Of a stretch of 64,000 nt of DNA, positions 57,053 through 64,000 are shown piece by piece. The notes below the pieces were generated by a model. It made no database searches. It had not been told where the DNA came from and saw only the letters and a list, made by a program, of their open reading frames with translations. The first letter of the stretch is position 1, and every line of letters begins with the position of its first letter. The position numbers and the translations under genes are program-made. Where the stretch lies: the IMG/VR virus record IMGVR_UViG_3300042289_000986, positions 1-64,000 of that record; one strand, 5' to 3'.

Positions 57053-57706
57053 TTAGAATTTGAGTGCCATCTGGTATTCTTTTTTCTTTTCTTTTTTAAC
57101 CTTTGCTATAGTTTTATCAAACATTGGATCGTTTGTATCATACAGTTTTCCAATTTCTGGTTTATGATTTTTGGGAAATCTTCTCCATATATGATTTGCA
57201 TATATTTTTGATCTTTTATTGACACACCTGTAAACCAATTTTGAATTGTAACCATTTGAGGTTAAATCAAACATTCCTTCGTAAAAGTTTAAGAGGTATC
57301 CTTCTTTGTCGAATTTTCCGATAAGTCCCTTGAACTTCAAACTTTTTCTTCCCATGACTCCTACTTTGTTAGTTCCCTTTTTTCTTTCCAGTTCATTGTG
57401 TTCTTGGGGAGTCAGATATTGCAGGTTATAGTATGCATTGTTGGTTTTATCTGGACTTCTATGATGGACATGGTAGTTGCTATAATCTTCTCTGTAATCA
57501 AAGGTTATTTTTACCAATCTATGAACCAAAAATGATTTGTGTCCTTTGTTGTAGAATTTAACTTCGTGATATCCTAGTCTGTTGATATGTCCATACAATT
57601 TTTTCTTATCTTCTCGACGGCGGATATTTCCTTTGTTTGATACTTCGTATAAATGTTTAAATTCTTCTAAGAAGACAGGTTTCCAAATTTCGTTAATAGT
57701 TTCCAT
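57053..57706 (-). CDS. NUMOD4-HNH homing endonuclease
   Basis: EIWKPV...YEVSNKGNIR, VHRLV and VHH...NNAYYNLQYLT..HN; start reassigned to METINE. Confidence 0.85.
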   Translation of the reverse strand: METINEIWKPVFLEEFKHLYEVSNKGNIRRREDKKKLYGHINRLGYHEVKFYNKGHKSFLVHRLVKITFDYREDYSNYHVHHRSPDKTNNAYYNLQYLTPQEHNELERKKGTNKVGVMGRKSLKFKGLIGKFDKEGYLLNFYEGMFDLTSNGYNSKLVYRCVNKRSKIYANHIWRRFPKNHKPEIGKLYDTNDPMFDKTIAKVKKEKKKEYQMALKF

Positions 57707-57758
57707 ATTATTTAATATACCAAAAAATTTTCTAAAAGCAATATAAATAATAAGGCGA

Positions 57759-58157
57759 ATGAACTTTTCCGATTTTGTCAGTAAAAAGTATGAGGGTGCC
57801 GGGTTTTTATTTTTGACACCAGACAATCAAACCTTGTTACTACAAAAGCATAACAAGAAATGGAGTTTGGTTGGAGGTCATTCGGAAAAAGGAGAAACTC
57901 CTTATCAAACAGCCCAAAGAGAATGTAAGGAAGAGATTGGTTTTCTTCCCAAGGGGGAAGTTGTGAACATGATCAAATATACAAAAAGAGAGACAAAGGG
58001 TTCTTGTTTCTCATTCATCATGAGAATTTCGGAACCCTTTGTCCCTAGTTTATCTTTCGAACACGCTGATTATAAATGGATACCCCTTAAAAGGATGTCC
58101 GAATATAATTTATCAAAGGCTGTTCGTGACCTATACCCTCTTCTTAAGAAGAATTAG
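57759..58157 (+). CDS. Nudix hydrolase
   Basis: GGHSEKGETPYQTAQRECKEEIG Nudix box; TATAAATA upstream. Confidence 0.9.
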   Translation: MNFSDFVSKKYEGAGFLFLTPDNQTLLLQKHNKKWSLVGGHSEKGETPYQTAQRECKEEIGFLPKGEVVNMIKYTKRETKGSCFSFIMRISEPFVPSLSFEHADYKWIPLKRMSEYNLSKAVRDLYPLLKKN

Positions 58158-58351
58158 GCTTGGTCTTGGGAAACAACTGGAGCAGCAGCTTGTTCAGCAG
58201 GAACCTTAACCACATCGATGTGGGAGAAGGTTCTGTTGCCTTGGTGAACAACTACAGGGAGCAAGGTGACACCGTGTTCCTTGAGGACTGCTTCGATTGC
58301 TTCTTTGGCAGCTTTGATTTCGTTTTCGAGTTGGTTGTTTTCTGTACTCAT
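58154..58351 (-). CDS. Small hypothetical protein
   Basis: ORF behind a TTGACA promoter on the minus strand. Confidence 0.55.
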   Translation of the reverse strand: MSTENNQLENEIKAAKEAIEAVLKEHGVTLLPVVVHQGNRTFSHIDVVKVPAEQAAAPVVSQDQA

Positions 58352-58419
58352 AGAGTAATAAATTTACACTAAATTATATATTTGTCAAACATTTATTTTA
58401 GGGTAAATATAAAATACAC

Positions 58420-58578
58420 ATGAAAAAAATTTCCTTTAAAGAATATCTTTTGGAAAAGAAGAAAAGAAAAAAGAAATATAAGAGTAAAAAAAGGGGAACC
58501 TATATGGTTGGACCAATTGGCTTTTATCATACTTTTCCATCGGAAACCAATGCAGGAGATGGGTCAGGAGTAAATTAA
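58420..58578 (+). CDS. Small basic protein (MKKISFKEYLLE)
   Basis: 52-aa Lys-rich ORF; TAAATA upstream. Confidence 0.55.
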   Translation: MKKISFKEYLLEKKKRKKKYKSKKRGTYMVGPIGFYHTFPSETNAGDGSGVN

Positions 58579-58581
58579 TAT

Positions 58582-59052
58582 ATGAGAAACAAAGATGCAA
58601 TGTTATTGGAAACCTGTTACAACAAGGTCAAAGGATTGGTCAAAGAAGGAGTTGAAGACATGGAATTTATTTCTCCTGTTGATGTCGATTATATCGATAC
58701 CGATAGCCAAGAAGTAAAAGATCTTTCCCATCTCAATGTTCAAAATGACAGCATTGTGATTGACAAAAAAAATGATGAAGTAACCATCAAATACAAGATT
58801 GAAATAGAATACCGCAAATACGGCATTAAGAATATGTATGCCTATGGTTTTAAACTCTTGCCTTTCAAGTTCACGGTAATGGACGAAGAGTTCGAAGAAA
58901 AGGTAATCAAAGAAATGCCTGAAACAGATTTATCAGATGCCCAATTTGAAACATCACATCTGGAAGGTAAACAATTTTATCCCACAAGTATAAAACTTTT
59001 CGTGGATAAAGATTTGAATATCGTTCCAGAAAAGTGTATTGTAGAATTTTAA
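58582..59052 (+). CDS. Hypothetical protein, putative internal head protein
   Basis: MRNKDAMLLETCY N-terminus. Confidence 0.6.
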   Translation: MRNKDAMLLETCYNKVKGLVKEGVEDMEFISPVDVDYIDTDSQEVKDLSHLNVQNDSIVIDKKNDEVTIKYKIEIEYRKYGIKNMYAYGFKLLPFKFTVMDEEFEEKVIKEMPETDLSDAQFETSHLEGKQFYPTSIKLFVDKDLNIVPEKCIVEF

Positions 59053-59080
59053 TTGACAATTTCTGAATCCATAGTAAAGT

Positions 59081-59422
59081 ATGGACATGAACATTTTTTC
59101 CAAAATCTATAACAAATTCAAATGTGCTTCCGATAAAACTTTGATCGAAGCCGATTACTATAATGGTTCAGAAAATGATATCGAAAATATTTTGTTGGAA
59201 CTGAGAAAATTAGTCAATCCCAGTATTTGTCCTTGCAAGGTTGGTGCTGTCCGTGACCGTATCAACTTTTTGATTTCCGAAGGTTTACAAATTGCCAACT
59301 TTTATGATGCTCAACCTGTGAGTAACAAGGTCGATGAAGAAGAATTGGAAGAGTTCTTCAATAAAAAAATCAAAACAAAAAAACCAACCAAGAAAAAATC
59401 CAATGGCAGGAAAGGGCGATAA
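59081..59422 (+). CDS. Hypothetical protein
   Basis: Behind a TTGACA promoter. Confidence 0.55.
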   Translation: MDMNIFSKIYNKFKCASDKTLIEADYYNGSENDIENILLELRKLVNPSICPCKVGAVRDRINFLISEGLQIANFYDAQPVSNKVDEEELEEFFNKKIKTKKPTKKKSNGRKGR

Positions 59423-59552
59423 ACCTCGTAATTGTTTTTCCAATCAATTCAAAAGTAATTTTGATTTGATTGTTTGGAAAAAGAAAAAAACAAAAAAATC
59501 AGTGAGTAAAGAAAGTTCTAAAACTCTCAAGAGACAAACTATCGTCTATTAG
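59403..59552 (+). CDS. Small basic protein (MAGKGDKPR)
   Basis: Overlapping ORF with a characteristic N-terminus. Confidence 0.5.
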   Translation: MAGKGDKPRNCFSNQFKSNFDLIVWKKKKTKKSVSKESSKTLKRQTIVY

Positions 59553-60185
59553 TTTTGCTTTGTAGTCAAAAATTTTCCCCAAATAACCGGAGTTTCTCAG
59601 TACCTTAAAAGCTAAATTTCCAACTGAATATTCTCCTTCTTTTTGAAGTCCGTCTACTCTCATTTTTTTAATTTCTTTTTTGAGACTTTCAACATCATCC
59701 AAACTTCTTTTTTGGGTAACAACCAAATCTATTTTTTGTTTGAACTTATCAGCTTTTTTAATGACATCAGGGTCTTTAACTGTGCGAGTTACTTTGGTAG
59801 GTTGAATAACCCAATTGTCTTTGAGCAAATCATAAATTCCTTTACCCTTTAATTTGGTTTCTTTGTCTTTCATGTTAACTTCGACTTTGTAACCTTTGAT
59901 AAAAATGTTATGTTCTTTATTGAAAAGTTTTGATTTCAATTCCAAATATTCTTCCACAGGCTCGTCACAAATTTTTTCTTTTACATCAATGATAATATGC
60001 AAATCAACATCACTGGTTGGTGTCCATTTGTAGGTGGCCAAAGATCCTGTAAAATAAATGTCTTTAATTTCCACCATATCTTCCAAGTCTTTTGTTACCC
60101 AATCAGCAATTTCCAAAAGTTTTCTTTTTATTGATGGAATTATTTTTTCGTTTTTGGTCCAGATTAAATCGTTTAAAGAATTCAT
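59499..60185 (-). CDS. Nucleotidyltransferase (pol-beta superfamily)
   Basis: FTGSLA...SDVDLH (GS + DxD) and EYSVGNLAFKVLR motifs. Confidence 0.8.
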   Translation of the reverse strand: MNSLNDLIWTKNEKIIPSIKRKLLEIADWVTKDLEDMVEIKDIYFTGSLATYKWTPTSDVDLHIIIDVKEKICDEPVEEYLELKSKLFNKEHNIFIKGYKVEVNMKDKETKLKGKGIYDLLKDNWVIQPTKVTRTVKDPDVIKKADKFKQKIDLVVTQKRSLDDVESLKKEIKKMRVDGLQKEGEYSVGNLAFKVLRNSGYLGKIFDYKAKLIDDSLSLESFRTFFTH

Positions 60186-60376
60186 TGATTATTTTAAAAT
60201 TGTGTGTATATTTATTTACATGACTGATCAAGAAAAAAAAGAACTTAAAAAACAAATGGATCTAGAAATCAAAGAAGGAATTAAAAAAATGTTAGCTGAA
60301 GCAGAGGTTATCAGAAAAAATTTACAAAAAGAAGGATCTGATAGTAAATAATTGTAAGTATAAAAAATAACACCAC

Positions 60377-60589
60377 ATGTTGTTAACAAAATATATAGCA
60401 TTTTCTACTTTTGTTGTCGGGTTTGCCAGTTTGGTTGTTGAAAAAGTAACCGAAGGACAATCATTATGGTGGCCGTTTGTTCTCTTGAGTGGAAGTGTTT
60501 TGTTTATGTTGTTTATCTATCATTTTTTCATTTACTGTGCATGTAATGCTGCGGAACGATTCAATCTTATAGAAAAAAAGAATGATTAA
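60377..60589 (+). CDS. Small membrane protein (2 TM)
   Basis: Hydrophobic segments. Confidence 0.5.
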   Translation: MLLTKYIAFSTFVVGFASLVVEKVTEGQSLWWPFVLLSGSVLFMLFIYHFFIYCACNAAERFNLIEKKND

Positions 60590-60797
60590 ATTGGATGAGT
60601 ATGTTGTTCTAGAGAACAACATTTTTTATTTTGACTTGGAAGAATACAATCAAGCAAATTCAGATTTGCCGATTGATGAAACTGACAGTATTCGTTTTCA
60701 ATATGAAAACCAAAAATACATGGGTAAAGTTTTCAGTTGTGGTAGTTTGAAAAATAAAATTTTTACCATTCAAGTAATCAAAAAAATTGACAAATAA
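60582..60797 (+). CDS. Hypothetical protein
   Basis: Operonic ORF. Confidence 0.5.
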   Translation: MIKLDEYVVLENNIFYFDLEEYNQANSDLPIDETDSIRFQYENQKYMGKVFSCGSLKNKIFTIQVIKKIDK

Positions 60798-60823
60798 GCG
60801 AATATATTATACAATGTTTTTGT

Positions 60824-61765
60824 ATGTTGAAATATACCGCTCTTAATTATGATGATGTTTATTTGATTCCAAAATATTCTGAACTGGAATCGAGAAAACT
60901 TGCTGACACTTCAATTCAATTGGGTAATCATAAATTTAAATTACCAGTTGTTCCATCAAACATGAAGACAGTAATTCATGCTGACTGGTGTAAATGGTTG
61001 AGCGACAACGGTTACTTTTATATGATGCACCGTTTTGATTCGGTGACAGTTCCTTTTGTCAAAAAAGCAAACGAAGAAGGTTATAAATTTGTCAGTATCA
61101 GTACAGGCGTAAACCAAGACTCCGAAGATGAACTTGTTGAAATTCACAAGAATGGTTGGAGATTAGATTACATTACGATTGATGTTGCTCATGGACATCA
61201 TATCAAAGTTAAAAAAACGATTGATAAAATTCGTAATATTTTTCCCAATGTTTTTATTATTGCAGGAAACGTAACAACACCAAGTGGTGTCCGTTATTTG
61301 GAGGATGCTGGAGCAGATGCTACTCGCATTGGCATTGGACCTGGCAAGGCTTGCACGACAAAATTCCAAACAGGCTTTCATGTTCCCATGTTTACTGCGC
61401 TCATTGAATGTGCAAAGTTTGCTAATAAACCAATGTTTGGTGATGGTGGAATCAATCATTATGGAGATATTGCCAAGGCATTAGTTGCTGGTGCAGATTG
61501 GGTTATGGCAGGATCTATGTTTGCTGCCTGTGATGATTCCCCTGCATTGGTTGTGAATGGTAGAAAAGTTTATTATGGATCTGCCAGTGCTTACAACAAA
61601 GGACATGATAACCATATCGAAGGAACAATCTTGGATTTGGAGCCTCATAAATCTTTGGAAGAAAGATTGCGTGAAATGACCCAAGCACTCCAAAGCTCTA
61701 TCAGTTATGCGGGTGGAAAAGATTTGAGTTGTTTTAATCAAACTGAATATATTAGTATCAAATAA
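60824..61765 (+). CDS. guaC: GMP reductase
   Basis: IDVAHGH, AGNV, GIGPGKACTT, DGGI and LQSSISYAGG; short length without CBS domains. Confidence 0.9.
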   Translation: MLKYTALNYDDVYLIPKYSELESRKLADTSIQLGNHKFKLPVVPSNMKTVIHADWCKWLSDNGYFYMMHRFDSVTVPFVKKANEEGYKFVSISTGVNQDSEDELVEIHKNGWRLDYITIDVAHGHHIKVKKTIDKIRNIFPNVFIIAGNVTTPSGVRYLEDAGADATRIGIGPGKACTTKFQTGFHVPMFTALIECAKFANKPMFGDGGINHYGDIAKALVAGADWVMAGSMFAACDDSPALVVNGRKVYYGSASAYNKGHDNHIEGTILDLEPHKSLEERLREMTQALQSSISYAGGKDLSCFNQTEYISIK

Positions 61766-61780
61766 TATAAGTATATGTGA

Positions 61781-63523
61781 ATGGCATATACTCTTTCTAA
61801 TGTTTTATCAACTGAACCGTTTAATTGTAATGTAGGTTATAACAATTCTTGGATTGAGGTAAAAAATGATGCAAATAGAGATTTGTTTGCACAAGCATCT
61901 TATATCACAAACTTTGATGATTTTACAGTAGCACTTTCTGCTGGAAATGTTGATATCGGTGCAGTCGAAATCAAAGATTGGAATTCAAATTTAAGAGCCG
62001 ATGTAACAACATCTGATGGATTAAACGCATTAAGAGTTTTATCCCAAGATTTAGAATCTTCTGTTGATGATATCACCATTGGTGATAAAAATGGAAATCT
62101 TGCATACGTTACCAATAGTGCATTAAATGTATTTGTAACCAATGGTATTAGTGCAGTTTCTCTTACAAATCAATTAACAGGTATTACTGTTTTAAATCCA
62201 ATTACAGCAGTTAATGCTAATATAACAAACACAGTAGCAATTAGTACAACTCAAACTTTACCTATTTCTGGTTCAGTTACTGTTTTAAATCCCGTTACAC
62301 AAGTTACTACATCCCAAGAACCTACTCAACTTGATGCCTTTGGAAGATTAAGAACATCTTCTCCCATGACTTTATTTGATTCAAGTCATAGATATAGAGA
62401 TAATAATTTATGGTCTACATTATCAGCAAATAATGGTTCGGTTTCATTCAACGAATTACAGGGATTAATGGAGTTAAATGTCACCAATACGTCAGGGGCT
62501 AGTGCAATAAGAGAAACAACAAAAGTGTTTTCCTATCAACCGGGTAAGTCATTGTTAGTCATGAACACCTTTGTCATGGCTCCTTCTACAAATAATTTAA
62601 GACAAAGAGTAGGTTATTTTGGACAAGATAATGGTATCTATTTTCAACTAGATGATGGTGTAATGAGCTTTGTTGAAAGAACTTTAGTTAACGGTTCTCC
62701 TTCTTCAGAAACTATAGTACCTAAATCAGCTTGGAATGGTGACAGATTAGATGGAACTGGACCTTCTGGATTTACTTTAGATATTACAAAAGCACAAATT
62801 TTGTGGATGGATATTGAATGGCTTGGTTTAGGAACGGTAAGAACTGGGTTTGTTATCGATGGTAAATTTATTGTTTGTCATTCATTTCACCATGCTAACA
62901 GAATTGCTTCAACTTATATTACTACAGCATCTTTGCCTCTGAGATATGAGATTGTTAATAAAGGAACTACAACAGGTGGTACTAAAACACTAAAACAAGT
63001 ATGTTCCACTGTAATATCAGAAGGTGGTTATGAATTGAGAGGTTTGCAACAGGCAGTATCTATTCCAATTAATGCAGCAAGAACCTTTGCGGCTACAAAT
63101 ACATATTATCCGATAATTTCAATTAAATTAAAAACAACTCCAGATAGACTCGATGCAATTATTATTTTAACGGCTTTATCAATTTTAGGAAAAGGAAATA
63201 ACATCAACTACAACTGGCAAGTAAAAGCAAGCGGAGATACATCAGGAGGAAGTTGGGTTGATGCTGGAGTTGATAGTGCAGTGCAATATAATATTACAGG
63301 AACAAGCTATGCGGGTGGAAGAATTTTAGCAAGTGGTTTCATAAATGCTTCTAATCAAGGTTCTCCGAATTTGGATATTCTTAAAGAAGCTTTGTTTAAA
63401 TTTCAATTAGAACGAAACAATTTAACGAAGACTCCTTTTGAATTAACTTTGGTTGCTGCATCAGATGCCACTAATAATGCTGGTATGTTTGCTTCAATGG
63501 ATTGGGAAGAGATTAGTAGATAA
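61781..63523 (+). CDS. Virion structural protein (DAFGRLR family)
   Basis: DAFGRLRTSSP, YQPGKS, DIEWLGLG and LPLRYE motifs. Confidence 0.7.
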   Translation: MAYTLSNVLSTEPFNCNVGYNNSWIEVKNDANRDLFAQASYITNFDDFTVALSAGNVDIGAVEIKDWNSNLRADVTTSDGLNALRVLSQDLESSVDDITIGDKNGNLAYVTNSALNVFVTNGISAVSLTNQLTGITVLNPITAVNANITNTVAISTTQTLPISGSVTVLNPVTQVTTSQEPTQLDAFGRLRTSSPMTLFDSSHRYRDNNLWSTLSANNGSVSFNELQGLMELNVTNTSGASAIRETTKVFSYQPGKSLLVMNTFVMAPSTNNLRQRVGYFGQDNGIYFQLDDGVMSFVERTLVNGSPSSETIVPKSAWNGDRLDGTGPSGFTLDITKAQILWMDIEWLGLGTVRTGFVIDGKFIVCHSFHHANRIASTYITTASLPLRYEIVNKGTTTGGTKTLKQVCSTVISEGGYELRGLQQAVSIPINAARTFAATNTYYPIISIKLKTTPDRLDAIIILTALSILGKGNNINYNWQVKASGDTSGGSWVDAGVDSAVQYNITGTSYAGGRILASGFINASNQGSPNLDILKEALFKFQLERNNLTKTPFELTLVAASDATNNAGMFASMDWEEISR

Positions 63524-63534
63524 TTTACTTTTTT

Positions 63535-64000
63535 ATGATTCTCTGTTTATCAGATATTCATTTAGGAAGTCCAATATGTCAGGCAGAATTGACATTAAAA
63601 ATATTAGAAGATTGCGAGTACGATAAACTTATAATTTGTGGTGATCTTTTAGATTCTTATAACATTCATAGACTTTGTAAAAAACAATGGAAAGTTTTAT
63701 CTGCCTTGAGGAAAATATCCAAAACTAAAGAGTGCATTTTCATTAAAGGAAATCACGATAAAAGTTTGGAAACCGTAAGTGCTTTGCTTGGTTTTGATTT
63801 TAAATTGGAACACATTGAAAAGATTGGTGGTAAAAAGTTTTATTTTGTTCATGGGGATAAATGGGATTATATAATTCAATTAAGACCATTGTTAACTGAA
63901 ATCGCATCGGGAATTTATTATTTTTTACAAAAAATAGATAAGACCCAAAAGTTTACAAGAAAATTAAAAAAGAAAATTAAAACTTGGAGATCATCTGCTG
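63535..64000 (+). CDS. Calcineurin-like metallophosphoesterase (LpxH-like), 3' truncated
   Basis: Read by hand, absent from the ORF track: SDIHLG, CGDLLD, KGNHD and VHGD. Confidence 0.85.
   Translation, partial: MILCLSDIHLGSPICQAELTLKILEDCEYDKLIICGDLLDSYNIHRLCKKQWKVLSALRKISKTKECIFIKGNHDKSLETVSALLGFDFKLEHIEKIGGKKFYFVHGDKWDYIIQLRPLLTEIASGIYYFLQKIDKTQKFTRKLKKKIKTWRSSA

Overview
The window is a fragment of a large, AT-rich, T4-like (probably jumbo) tailed phage genome in standard code. About 1-23 kb is a virion tail/baseplate module: tail fibre, chaperones, a 21-blade RCC1 protein, a glycosyltransferase/methyltransferase/sulfotransferase cluster, LamG and vWA proteins and a Dps-like protein. About 23-38 kb and 56.6-64 kb are mixed-strand genes, many behind TAAATA late-type promoters and sharing a putative capsid-targeting propeptide. 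They include a DNA methyltransferase, HNH, Nudix, nucleotidyltransferase, guaC and a metallophosphoesterase. About 38.5-56.5 kb is a distinct, visibly more GC-rich, all plus-strand early island containing rIIA/rIIB, GP88-like, YubB-like and SprT-like genes, many small ORFs, five of the six tRNAs and candidate structured ncRNAs. The island is built from repeated cassettes: terminator, then a 29-bp near-palindrome (ACAAGAAAAnATGAATCwTATTTTCTTGT, ~21 full or half copies), then a sigma70-type promoter at fixed spacing, then a nearly leaderless ORF or RNA. This cassette system is the main candidate for an undescribed system. All calls come from reading motifs by eye; no database searches were run.
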